Source: Eledone cirrhosa (taxonomy: Eukaryota). Taken from it: a DNA stretch of 64,000 nucleotides. The translations under genes and the position numbers were made by a program. The DNA lies in assembly GCA_964016885.1 (NCBI GenBank), contig OZ024745.1:95976001-96040000 (forward strand), given 5' to 3'. Shown piece by piece: positions 24,024 through 36,650 of the stretch. The notes under the pieces were generated by a model. That model saw nothing but the letters and a program-made list of their open reading frames with translations, did no database searches and was not told the DNA's origin. The number at the start of each line of letters is the position of its first letter. Within the stretch, counting starts at the first letter, position 1.

Positions 24024-24461
24024 GAAGGCGCATGGCTTAGTGGTTAGAGCATCGGCCTTGCAATCGAAAGGTTGTGAGTTCAATTCTCAGACCGGGTGAT
24101 GTGTTGTTTCCGTGAACAAGACACTTTATTTCACATTGCTCCAGTTTACTCAACTGTAGAAATGAGATGATAGGACTGGGGTCCCTATCATTCCACTGCA
24201 AAGTGGTCGTGGAGGTGCCACAGCAAAAAAGCACCCAGCCCACACAGTAAAGTGGTCGTGTAGGTGCCACGGCAAAAAAGCACCCAGCATTCACTGTAAA
24301 TGAGGTTGGTGTTAGGAAGGGCATCCAGCTGTAGAAATCAGCTAGAATCAGTTCTCATATGAGCAAGACAAGGTCAGCTGACCGGCTACTGCCCACAACA
24401 GGACAACCCATCTAACCCATGGTAGCGTGGCAGAACGGACGTAAAACGGTGATGATGATGA

Positions 24462-24463
<2 letters not shown>
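24024..24463 (+). mobile_element. Full-length SINE family A (tRNA head plus RTE tail)
   Basis: A box tggcttagtgg, B box gagttcaattc; tail nearly identical to LINE 3' UTR at 23650-23920. Confidence 0.88.
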
Positions 24464-24508
<45 letters not shown>

Positions 24509-24521
24509 CATATACATATTA

Positions 24522-24559
24522 CGAGCTGAAGACCCGCTAAAGTGAAACAATTGTTCTCG
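24522..24559 (+). ncRNA. Minimal type I hammerhead with palindromic helix III
   Basis: cgag-CTGAAGA-cccgctaaagt-GAAAC-AATT-GTT-ctcg; helix I cgag/ctcg; helix II weak; adjoins a TA-rich microsatellite. Confidence 0.7.
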
Positions 24560-25144
24560 GTATGGTGAACTAACTGTTGTGTTACCACTTCTACCTAACT
24601 CGTCCCATGGACTGAGTGCTCTACCACTACAGATATTACCTTCCAGTGTTCTACTTCTCTCTCGCTTTCTCTCTCTCTTTATATAAAAATAAATATATAA
24701 ATAAATATATATATATATATATATATAAATATATATATAAATGAATATATAAATATATCAGCTTAGAATGAGTCTATGTTCACGTGTGTGTGTGTTTTGT
24801 TTTTGTGTGTGTATGTGTTTGTGTGTGTGTGTACTGGTGACAGAACCAAATAAACCAGTCCACATACATAGAAACAAATTAACTGAAGGTATTTTCTGGT
24901 GTTAATTTATGAGTGCAAAATAATGCCACCTACTTTGAGTGATGTCATGTCCAAACCATGCTAGCATAAAATAACATTTAAAATGATGATACCAAGTTGC
25001 ATGTGATATCACAAACAAAATATGAATACACAATACATACAGTTTAGATAAATATTGTTAAGGTATAATAAAGTATAATAAAATAAAGTACCAGTAATAC
25101 ACTAGGTAGTTGCTGGCCTTGTGCCAAAAGAAGAAACAATTATT

Positions 25145-25500
25145 AAGGTATAATAATTGTACTTATCTAAAAGCTGATCTTGCCCAATTGCACCTCTCAA
25201 AGGCGATGACACAGGACCGTGACAGCTGGCATTACGCAGTAATGCAGAAGACCCGACTTCCCACGACAAAAAAACATCCAGTCCAGACTGTAAAGTGATC
25301 GTGTAGTTTCCACGGTAAAAAAGCACCTAGTACTCACTGTAAATGAGGTTGGTGTTAGGAAGGGTATCCAGCTGTAGAAACCAAGCCAAAATCAATTCTG
25401 TATGAGCAAGACATGGTCACCTGACCTGGCATTGCTCACAACCGGACAATCCGCCTAACCCATGCTAGTGTGGAAGAATGGACGTAAAACGGTGATGATG
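25145..25500 (+). mobile_element. RTE LINE extreme 3' fragment
   Basis: KADLAQLHLSKAMTQDRDSW followed by the conserved 3' UTR. Confidence 0.85.
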
Positions 25501-25726
25501 AAATTGTCTTAAAATGTTTTGTTGTTGTTAGAATTGTACTTAAGCCTTGTGATACGAATCTGTCTGAAACTGCAATACAAAAGTATTTATATTAATCTAA
25601 AAACTTTCCATTGTAACATTATTAGGACCTTGATTAAGTTATGTTCCAAACACTAGTTCATTAATAACAAACTTTGTTATATTACTTAATCCCTCAAAAC
25701 ATTTGACCATTTTCAAGATTATATAA

Positions 25727-25934
25727 CCCTTTAGCATTTACATTACTTGATATTTACTATTGTATTTTTACAGTAAAGGCTTTACCTCACATAATATTGA
25801 ATCTATGAGCTTTTGATATTATTTATTTTAAGAACAATACCTTAACTTCGGTATGAGCGGCAGGTTACAACCAGTTTGAACAGAAAGAGGTGAGAGAATT
25901 CTGGTCGGATACAACCAGTTTAAATGCTAAAGGG
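25727..25934 (-). mobile_element. piggyBac-type MITE
   Basis: TIRs ccctttagcattta/taaatgctaaaggg; ATAA and TTAA flanks; reverse copy of 8592-8813. Confidence 0.85.
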
Positions 25935-26099
25935 TTAAAAAATAGTAGGCAGTGTTTTTTTTTTATTAGAGTTATGGTAATGAAAAGGTTAACATAAGAA
26001 CCATTGTGGAATACAGAATATTTATTCCTTGGAGATTCTTAATTCCATCTGATTGTGGTTATAAGCAAATTTTTAGCTATAAATATGATACATTAATTC

Positions 26100-26345
26100 T
26101 TAGAACAGTAAATTAATTATAACTGCTATAACACAATGTGTGTGTGAGTATTTGTGTGTATGTGTGTGAATGTGTGTATGTGTATGTTTGTGTGTGTGAG
26201 TGTGCATTTTTGTGTGAATGTGTGTATGAATGTGTGTGTTTATGTGAGTGTGTTTGTGTATGTGTGTGAATGTGTGTGTTTGTGTATGTGTGTGTGTGTG
26301 AATGTGTGTAAATGTATGCGTGTGTGTGGTGTGTGTGTGTATGTA
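26100..26345. repeat. (TG)n-rich compound microsatellite
   Basis: Direct reading. Confidence 0.9.
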
Positions 26346-26497
26346 CCCAACAAACATAAATGTAATTTATGTCTGGAAGCAACTGGAAGTGTAGGTGGAT
26401 ATTACTATGTTTATATAGACTAGCATCATTATATATTAGCTTGTTATTATTTCTCATAAACAAGAATCAATTCCCCAATATAATTAGTAACAATATT

Positions 26498-27075
26498 GAG
26501 AGAGAGACTGAGCATAAGAGGAATCAAATGCTGTGTGCAGGAGAGGCGGTTGCGCTGGTATGGACATGTGATGCGTATGAAGGATGACAGCTGCATAAAA
26601 AGGTGCAGAGCACTAGAAGTCGATGGAAACTGCGGAGTGGGGAGACCCAAGATGACCTGGGATAAGGTGATAAAAGCCGACCTTACCCAATTACACCTCT
26701 CAAAGGCAATGACACACGACCGTGACCTCTGGCGTCACGCAGTAATACAGAGTACCCAACCTCCCATGGGTACAAGCTGAAGCATATAGACAATATGCCC
26801 CCCCCACAAGGTGGTCGTGGAGGTGCCACGGCAAAACAGCACCCAGCCCACACTGTAGAGTGGACGTGTAGGCGCCACGAAAAAGCACCCAGCACTCACT
26901 GTAAATGAGGTTGGTGTTAGGAAGGGCATCCAGCTGTAGAAATCAAGCCAAATCAGTTCCTGTATGAGCAAGGCGTGGTCAGCCGCCCAGACACTGCCCA
27001 CAACAGGACAACCCATCTAACCCATGCTAGCGTGGAAGAACGGACGTAAAACGGTGATGATGATGATGATGATGA
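26498..27075 (+). mobile_element. RTE LINE 3' fragment with tail
   Basis: ERRLRWYGHVMRM...GRPKMTW; (GAT)n tail. Confidence 0.9.
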
Positions 27076-27206
27076 TTACATATCTTTGGGTATTTACTTG
27101 CCAACATTTTACTATCTTTCCTAATCTCACATTTGACCAACAAACTCCATATGTATATACATGTATGTATATATGTATGTATATACATGTATGTATATAT
27201 GTGTGT

Positions 27207-29285
27207 ACCACTCCGCGGTTTCCATCAACTTCTAGTGCTCTGCACCTTTTTATGCAGCTGTCATCCTTCATACGCATCACATGTCCATACCAGCGCAACC
27301 GCCTCTCCTGCACACAGCATTTGATTCCTCTTATGCTCAGTCATCATCTCTCTCTCAATTCATTTATGCTTTGTCGTTCACGTATATTACTGTTACACAT
27401 CCATCGGAGCATGCAGGCTTCATTTCTCTCTAATCTACGTAAGTCTTCCACCTTCAGCGCCCAGGTCTCACTACCATGCAACATCGCTGTTCGGATACAC
27501 GCATCATACAGTCTGCCTTTCATTTTGAGGGAGAAGCCTTTTGCAGCTAGCAGTGGTAGTAGTTCCCTAAACTTCTTCCATCCCGTTCTTACCCTAGTTA
27601 TTATACTTTCTGAACACCCACCTCCGTTGCTAATTCGGTCACCTAGGTAGCAGAAGCTATCTACTGTTTCTACAGGGCCCTCCCAGAGATTGGTGGTACT
27701 TGTTTCCTGTGGCTGTTTGCTGCTTGCTGTTTCAGCACAGCTGCTGCATGTGAATCCTACATTCTTAATTAAGCTTCCTGAGATCCCGCTACATCTCTTG
27801 TGTACCCATTGTTTGCATTTGGGGCAGAGAATGGAGTTCCTACCTACACCTTTCCTACATACTGAGCAAGGCCATTTCCCTGAGGGGATCTGGGTTCTGT
27901 TTTCTCATCTACTTACAAGGACCTTAGTCTTTGTCATGTTGACTTTGAGACCCTTTCTCTCTAGTCCCTGCTTCCAGGTTTGGAATTTATTCTCTAGTTC
28001 TATCATAGATTCAGCTATGAGTGCGAGATCATCAGCATACAGGAGTTCCCATGGGCATCCGGTCTTAAATTCCTCCGTTATTGCCTGCAGGACTATGATG
28101 AACAGGAGAGGGCTAAGAACAGAGCCCTGGTGGACCCCAACCTGTACGCTAAATTCCTCGCTATACTCATTGCTAATCCTAACTTTGCTGACTGCTCCCC
28201 TATACATGGCTTGTACCGCTTTCACAAGCCATTCATCTACTCCTAGTTTTCTAAGAGCCCACCAGATTACAGCACGTGGAACTCTGTCAAAGGCTTTCTC
28301 AAGGTCGACAAATGCCAAGTAGAGTGGGTTACTTTTAGCTAGGTACTTTTCCTGTAATTGCCTCACAAGGAAGAGGGCATCAGTGGTGCCTCTTTCTGGT
28401 ACAAACCCAAATTGCATCTCGTCTATATTCACCCGGTCCCTAATCAGCTGTGCTATAACTCTTTCTGTTACTTTCATGACCTGGTCCATCAACTTTATAC
28501 CTCTATAGTTTCCTCTATCTAGTGCATCGCCTTTGCCTGTGTAGCAGTTGATAATGATGCTACTGCACCAATCTTTTGGTATGACACCTTCTAGTATTAC
28601 CTGGTTAACGATACGTGTGGTTATAGTGTGACCTACAGACCCAGATGCCTTCAGCATCTCAGCAGCTATACCCGATGAACCGGTTGCCTTCCCCATCTTC
28701 ATATCTCTGATTGCCTTACTTACTATGCTGCCGCTGACTTGTACTGCTGGTCCCTCTATAGAGTCTACTTGGGGTAGGGTCTCTTCTTCCCATGCATTCT
28801 CCTCATTTAGTAATCTATCATAATGACTCTTCCATGCATCTTTCTTCTCAGCACTTGTGAGGGCAAGCTCACCTTTATCATTCCGGATACACTTCTCTCC
28901 AATGACATCACAACTATCTCTGACACACTACCTCGCAATCTTGAATACCTCCTGTTTCTGGTCCTCACGTTGTAAAACATGCTTGAATTTTCTATCCTCT
29001 GCTTCCCTCCTAGTTAAGTATACTTGTCGCCTAGCTTCCCTCTTGGTCTCTATGTAATGTACCCTGCTCCCCCCGTTCTTCCATTCTTTCCATGCCTGTC
29101 TCTTGGCCTTGACTGCTTCATCTACCTTATTGTTCCACCACCAAGTCACTCTCCTCCTGCTTGAGGTCTTACTCCAGCCACAGACCTCGTCCGTCGCCTC
29201 TAGTAAATTATTTTTTAGGAACTCCCAGTTCTCTTCTACATTAAATGTCTATATCTGTTCTTCTTTACTGTCGTAGGCGTTGAGT
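27207..29285 (-). mobile_element. RTE LINE internal fragment with RT domain, truncated at both ends by microsatellites
   Basis: ORF 27905..28702 has FVDLEKAFD, GVHQGSVLSP, YADD. Confidence 0.92.
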
Positions 29286-29450
29286 AAATGTATGTATCTA
29301 TGCATATATGTATGTATCTATGTGTATGTATGTATGTATGTATGTATGAATGTATGAATGTGTGTGTATGTGTATATGTATGTATGTAAGCATGTGTGTA
29401 TGTATGTTTATATGCATGTGTGTATGTATTTATGTATTTATGCATGCTAT

Positions 29451-29865
29451 GTCAGGTCGCTCTCGAATGCTACTGGTTACATGTAACCCAGTATAACCTG
29501 TCTCATAGTCGGGTCATCAGTGACTAAACCAGCAACCCACCAAGCTTGCTTGGTGAGGAGGGTATATTTGGACACCCTGCGGGATGAAATACAAGACCCA
29601 GCAAAGGGCAGAGACAACGGCTATCCAAATAGTACTTTTTTTTTCACCTGGCAGTGAAAGGCCCCCAGTTGTTGTCACAACACCTTTCAAGGAGAGGGAA
29701 ACTCTGGAAAAAAAACATGCGGCTTCAGAAGCATCCGATGATGTTGACCAGTTCTCCTTTTCGGATATCGTTTTTGATGCTTAGTCAGTGGGATTGGTCG
29801 AGTGCAAGACCTTTCCCCATTTAAAAAGCCTTCAAAGCACAGGCATTGCTTGTTCAGGATATGTT
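29451..29865 (+). mobile_element. Structured RTE-like 5' UTR segment
   Basis: Homologous to 30427-30510 (inverted) and 30747-31070; conserved stem-loop head. Confidence 0.5.
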
Positions 29866-30099
29866 ACAGGTTCGTGTGGCTGGCCGTTGCCTAAAAGTGC
29901 ACCAAACTCTATAATCTGACAAGCGATTGCAATACTCTTAGAGTTTGCAACCATCATGTATGCATGTATGTATATGTGTATATATCGAAAAAGCCACAGT
30001 ATTAATCTCAATAAGAACATAGGGAGTTAGAGTTGCGAGGTGTGTGGTCATCTACTGATCTCTAAATTTGGGTACATCACTCAAAAGCCAACTGTATAC

Positions 30100-30395
30100 A
30101 GCTCTATCCCTACAATACTAGGTAAGACAACATACGTAGTGCAAAAAAAATCTGCAAATCAATTTCTGGTCTTAAAAGGCATATGAGCGTACATAAGGAT
30201 GACATCTCACAAACTGACCCAATCAACCCAATAGAGGGCACATATTTTGTCTGTGACATTTTCTGCCGACCGTGCATATACAAAGCTGGGCTTAAAAGCC
30301 ACCTAAGAGGCCATGAACAGATGTTTGGAGTTGGTGACAGTTCATGGGTGCATAGGGAGACAGTAATCATCTGCAAAGATGAAGCAATCACCATT
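30100..30395 (+). mobile_element. LINE 3' end encoding C2H2-type zinc fingers
   Basis: FVCDIFCRPCIYKAGLKSHLRGH and upstream CKSISGLKRHMSVH, then a (TATG)n tail; resembles BovB-like RTE C-termini. Confidence 0.55.
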
Positions 30396-30578
30396 TATGT
30401 ATGTAAGTATGTGTGTATGTGTGTATGTCAGTTTAGTCGCCAATGACCCGGCCATGAGACAGGTTGTACTGGGATACATGTTACCTGTAGCACCAACTGG
30501 TGACCTGACCATATGTATATATATATACATACATACATACATGCATACATACATACATACATATATGTATATATATAT

Positions 30579-31280
30579 ATGGTGGCTGCCAACTCGTTTT
30601 CAAGTATGGCCACTACTTTATATCCATGTAGGAGAACCCCTACCGATGCGCTGAACGAGTGTGATTTTTTAGTCCAGCCAGCGACTTGGAATCTCTGGTA
30701 CAAACACTACACTTGTGACAATTATTGACACATAGTGCTGGGCCCAAATTGGCAAACCCACCAAGGTTTCTTGGTGAGGAGGGTGACTTTGGACATCCTG
30801 CAGGACTAAAAACAAAACCTGTCAAAGGGCAAAGGAGCTATTAAGAGTCAATGGCCATCCAAAATCACCGGGAGAGATGACCCCTTAGCCTTTGTCAAGG
30901 CAGAATTCTAGGAGAAGGAAAACTCTGATATAATACCTGCAACCCTGATGGTATCCAATGATGTTGACTTGTTCTTCTTTTTGGTAAATATCATCTTGGT
31001 TAAGAGAGTGGGACTGGCTTTGTGCAGTGCCTTTGCTCACTATAAAAGCTTCACGGCATAGGCATTGCTTTATATCTGGAGATCTCTCTGCACTTGTCAT
31101 CACATGGTACCATGGGCCCAGCACTATGTGTCAATAATTGTCACAAATGTAGTGTTTGTACCAGAGTTTTCAAGTCACTGGCTGGACTAAAAAGTCACAC
31201 TCGTTCAGCGCATCGGTAGGGGTTCTCCTACATGGATATAAAGTAGTGGCCGTACTCGAAAACGAGTTGGCAGCCACCAT
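30579..31280. repeat. Foldback element: 168-bp inverted arms around a 366-bp spacer
   Basis: Arms 30579-30746 and 31113-31280 with a few mismatches; terminus atggtggctgccaactc; related end at 29941-29957. Confidence 0.9.
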
Positions 31281-33982
31281 GTGTGTATGTATGTATGTTT
31301 TTCTGGTTTTATTATTTTATAAATTTCACCAATAGAGAGAGCCGATTTCTAACGTAGAAACAAAACTCTTTCATTGGAATTTAGACAGCACCATCTAGGT
31401 ATGTATGTGTATCTGTTTGTGTGTCTGTGTGCCGGTTTGGGTTTTATTTCATATGTGGATCTGTATGTTTTGAGTTATATGTGATACATACATATGTGTA
31501 TATGCAGTTATTACACACTGAATTTCTTAAATGTTTTATATATGTTTACAATTCCTTTAGTGGACTGTGCGTGCAACTTCCTACCCAGCCGTGCCCTTTC
31601 TGGTTCTGTGAAGCCCAACTTCTCAAGATTTATACTGAGGCATACTGAGTCAGTTAGTAATATATCCCAGAGCCCCAATAATTGCAGGTACAAATCTAAA
31701 AGTATAGCCAGTGGGACTATATACAGATGCCTCATGAGTTCAGCTGAGTTTAAAAATAGAAACGTCTAGTTTCCTAATACATTTGGAAAAATCTAAATTA
31801 TCCATGGTAATTGAGCCAATAGTAATTGACTCACAACAGACCAGATTAATAGGGTGCTGAATTGTGGGCTAAAGTGTCAGTAGTTCATATTGTGTTTCCA
31901 CTGAGAATGTGTTGTTTCCATGACCAAGCTTCTTAACATCTAGGTATAAAATATGAAGCATATGTAAGAACAATTTACTGTTTTAGTCAGTGGAAGAACT
32001 GCATAATTAAATGGTTTAATAATTTCAAATGCAAATTTTGTGCTCTACCATTAATCTAGAAAATTTAACAGGAAACCATTTTAGTGCATCTCTTCCTAGA
32101 AACTCCAAAATAAATGGGGTAGCTAAGAATTGAATATCCATAAAACATTCAACTGTATAAAGAAGTTAATAATAAATTATGAGAATCGATATTGATCTTG
32201 AAAAATCACAGAGAACCATAAAATGAATAGTTTTATAAAAATAGAGAAAGTGGTCAATTTAGCAAAATGGAATTGAATGAACCTACATTATCGGTACCGA
32301 GATGGCCTTCTCTTTAATTCCAGGGCCACCAGCTTATCTTAATTATTAAACATCATGCCACTACTTAATTTTATTGCCTCATTGTAAATCAATTAGACCT
32401 GCTTTTGACCTGTTTATATTAACCATATAGAACGTGAATTTCATTGTCATCATCATCATCATCATCATCTTTATAGTTTAATATCTATTTTCCATGCTTT
32501 CATAGGATATACAGGCTGTTATATACTGAAACTAGATTGTCCAGTTCAATTGACCATATCTAACTCATATGCTTTGTTTTGGCATGGTTTCTATTACTAG
32601 ATGTCCTCCATAATGCCAGGCAATTTAGAGTGTCTGCTGAGGGTATTTTGTCTTGACTCCAGTAATGCTACCTTACAAGATGAATTGTGTGCTTTTTGTC
32701 ATAGCACCAACACTACTGCCTTACTGAGTATACTGGATGCTTTTCATCATGACACCAGCACTACCACGTTATAGGATAGACTAGATGTTTTTCATCATGG
32801 CACCAGCACTACCATTTTACAGAATAGGCTAGGTGAATTTTATCAGAATATAACAGATATATTAAGTTATTGGAATAAGATAGAATGAGAGGTTAGTTAG
32901 AAATTTGAATTTAAAGTAGATAAAAATAGTATCATAACCAAGTAGAAATTGTTTTGAAGACATTATTATACTAGGATCACTAAAATATGAATCAAGCAAT
33001 TACTGGGGTTAATTTAATTGGCTATACCAGTCTGATACTACTAGCGTTAGGCATCAGTCAAAATTATTAAAATTCACCATTATTCATAACAATAGATTAA
33101 TGTCATGAAATTCCGTGACAAAAGTCTTCCTAATTCTCAAGAATATCATGAAGAGTCCTACAAAATATAGATTGAGTTTTCTGAAAATTTGCTACCAAAA
33201 TCACAATGTTTCGGTCTTTTGAATAGCTATTTTGGTGCTGTTTCCAATGTTCTCACAACAATAACAATCACTTCACTTGCATGCCTCAGAGACATCTCAG
33301 TTCTCTGGTTAACATCAGATAAATTTAATCAATTTTGTACTGTTTTGTTTTTGTTTTTTACTTTGATTTTACTCTCATATGGAATAACATATTCTATGAT
33401 CTTGCATATTCTGCTTTTCCTTTTTTCCTTTTGTTATGATCATATTGGAATAATTTTATTCACAATTATATAAATAACATTACAAATTGTTCACAATTCT
33501 TTCAAAATGAAAATATAAATACATATAATAAATACAATTAACTATTACTAGGAACCTTACAAATACAATGCACCAAAATATACGATCAAAGCGAGAGAAA
33601 GGAAAAAAAAGGGAAACAAAACAAAAATGAGCATGAATCCACCACTAAGTGTGACAATTGGCTGCACATCACAATGGTGAATGGAATATTTTGAGGCAAG
33701 TCAACAGGCTCACAACATTACCATGGGTGATTATATTTGTATTTAGAAAGTATCTGATTCCTTGTTATGTGGTCAGTTTGCAATAAAAAAAATCTCACAG
33801 TATCTGATTATAATCCATTTTTGGTTGGTTATGTTAGTATTTTTCGTTGAGTTTAAATTCAAATTTCATAGAATTAAAATTCCATTTTATCTTTTCCCAT
33901 AATTTTATGTCTTTTTTTATTCTCTAAATACATTTTACACACTAAACATCTAACCCCTGATAGAAGGGAAAGTGAACATTAA

Positions 33983-34199
33983 ATGATGATGATGATAATG
34001 GTGATGATGATGGTGGTGTTAGGGGTGTTGGTGGTTGTGTTAGTGATAGTGGTGGTGGCGGTGATGGTGATGATACTAGCAGTGGTGATGATGATGGTGA
34101 TGGTGGTGGTGGTGGTGGTGGTGTTAGGGGTGTTGGTGGTTGTGTTAGTGATAGTGGTAGTGGTGGTGGTGGTGGTGATGGTGATGATAGTAGTAGTGG

Positions 34200-34230
<31 letters not shown>

Positions 34231-34840
34231 GTTAGGGGTGTTGATGGTGGTGTTAGTGGTGGTGTTGGTGGTGGTGGTGATGGTAGTGATGATGGTGATG
34301 ATCATAGTGGCAGTGGTAATGATGATAATGATGATAGTGATGTTAGGGGTATTGTTAGTGGTGTTGTTGTTGTTGTTATTGTGGTTGGTAGTGGTCGTGG
34401 TGATTGATATAAACATTTCAAAAGCAGAAAATATTGGTTTTCCACAAGGGAGAGAAAGTGTTCATAAAAAAAATATCAGTCTTCAATCTTCTTGGTAGCA
34501 AACTTCAATGTTTGAATTGCTGATACTAACCAGCACTAGTATCCTTGGATTTTATGGTTTAATTTATTTGGTCTATCATCATCACCATCACCATCACCAT
34601 CATCATCATCATCGTCATCATCATCATCGTCATCATCATCATCATTATCATCATCATCATCATCATTATCATCATCATCATCATCATCATCACCATCATC
34701 ATCATCGCAACCATCACCACCATCTTCATCATCATCATCATCATCACCACTATCCTCACGACCCTCACCACCACCACCACCACCACACCACCACCACCAC
34801 CACCACCACCATCATCATCATCAGCAGCAGCAGCATCAGG
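33983..34840. repeat. Compound GGT/GAT and CAT/CAC trinucleotide microsatellites
   Basis: Direct reading; source of poly-V/M/H/T pseudo-ORFs. Confidence 0.95.
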
Positions 34841-35233
34841 TATCATCTGTTCTTAATATCATGATAACTCTACTTCTATCTATTTTGTTAACTATGGCTC
34901 TGTACATGGTAGGATTCTAATTATTTCTGTGGTAACTGGTAAACAACAATGGGATTTGAAATCAGAAGATAAAGAGCTAAAACAAACACCACAAAGCAAC
35001 CAACCTGTCTAGCATTCAAATGATACTACCAGCCTATCACCAGAGACTGTAGGAGACATGGTAAAAAGGCTCCCAGTCCACACTGTAAATGTTGTTGGTG
35101 TCAGGAAGGGCTTCCAGCCATAGAAAACCTGCCAGAGACAGTTCTGTACAAACAAAACATGGTCTCCCAACCAATCTCGCCTCAAGTGGGACAAAACCGT
35201 CCAACCCATGCTAACGTGGAAGATGGACGTTAA

Positions 35234-35286
<53 letters not shown>

Positions 35287-36484
35287 AGGAAAAAAGGCAA
35301 AGTTAACCCCAGTAGGATTTAAACTAAGAATATAAGAAACCAGAATATATACCACAAAGTATTGTAGACTTCAATCAATTTCTGTTTTGAGATTTGTTTT
35401 GATTGTTTGTTCTTGTACAACCATGATTAGCATTTTGTTTGTTTGTTTGTTGTTTTATTTTTGCTTTTTGTTTGTTTTTTTGTTTCTCTAAAATTCATCT
35501 TCTTCTCTTCTCGTGTCCACCGTTTCTTTGTTACATGGTCGATTTGTGCAAAGAAATCTCACTGTTATCTTATAATAATCCTTTTTCAAAGGTCTACAAA
35601 AAGAAAAACAACTGCTCACATATTCATTTATTTTTTGTTTATTTCTAGTTTTCAATTCTCTCTGTTCTTTTATTTGTAATTCTTCTGGGTCTCTGTGCAC
35701 TCATTATTGATCTTCCTGGCTACACATGAGATTATCTTTCCTATTCCTAACATATATTTTTTACCTATAATTTACTAATCTTGGTTTGCTAAGTATACAC
35801 TAAACATCTCTGTAACTCACTCTTCTTTCCATGTAATCTATTGTGCCTTTTAACAGCTATCTTGTACATACAATTCATCAAGTTTGTTTTTCAGCCACAG
35901 TAAGCTGGCTTGATGATATCTCATTATTGATACTGTTCACATATCGATTCCTTTAATGATAGTCCTTCCATTCATTTTTCTTTCTCAAATCTTCCTTACA
36001 TTCCTCTTATATTCTTCTGACAGTTTATCTTTCATTTCCTTTTGTTTTTGCCCCTATCATCCTGTATCCACCTAGATATATATAATTCTCATTTAACCTT
36101 TCGAGAGTGATCTAATTTCTTTGTCATGTCTGAGAGTAACTTTGTTGGGTTTGCTTCATTTTTTCATCTTTACACATATAACACATGTCAATATTGAACT
36201 GCATTTACACTATCTTTGCTAAAAATTATAAAAGGTTGTATCAAAGAACTCAGACCCTTTTCACATTTGGACTAAAGCTTGACGTTATCCATGGGCATTA
36301 GATTGTTGATTTCTTTATCAAATTTTTGCTAGATAGTATTTTGGGGGTAAGGGGGGGGGGACTTCTGTATAATGTATATCTGTTGTTGTACATAAAAAAA
36401 GAGAGTAAGATTTTCTGGCCACTGCCATTGTGCCACCTATGAGGCTGTATCCCCATTAGTGCTTTGGAAACCACAAGCACTCAC

Positions 36485-36650
36485 TAATAACAGGGGGCGC
36501 AATATCTCCTATCCCGATGTCATCTCCAGAGATTCTGGTGTTGAAATCCAGGATTTGGCAACGGCAATGAACGACAGACCCACGTGGAGATCAATTGTTG
36601 AGTCCATTTTGGCTGAGGCTGCCGGATGATGATGAAGATGATGATGATAA
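36485..36650 (+). mobile_element. RTE-X-like LINE extreme 3' fragment
   Basis: RGRNISYPDVISRDSG...AMNDRPTWRSIV then (GAT)n; resembles the C-terminus of ORF 6217..7362. Confidence 0.65.

Noticed and set aside
24024-24100. tRNA gene
   Set aside because: It is the tRNA-derived head of a SINE continuing into a LINE tail; no proper acceptor stem or terminator
27024-28322. Plus-strand ORFs of about 210 aa
   Set aside because: Antisense shadows of the minus-strand RTE ORF
29451-29600. HDV-like or twister ribozyme assignment
   Set aside because: Could not build the nested P1-P4 pseudoknot or find the twister consensus; kept only as an unassigned structured motif
30183-30446. Host C2H2 zinc-finger gene exon
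   Set aside because: No TGEKP linkers or clear splice context; ends in a microsatellite tail like a LINE C-terminus
30648-30706. Hammerhead-like CTGAACGA...GAAA in the foldback arms
   Set aside because: Core spacing is wrong, helix I is absent, and GAAA is present in only one arm
33979-34864. Poly-His/Val/Met/Thr ORFs
   Set aside because: Translations of trinucleotide microsatellites, open in several frames
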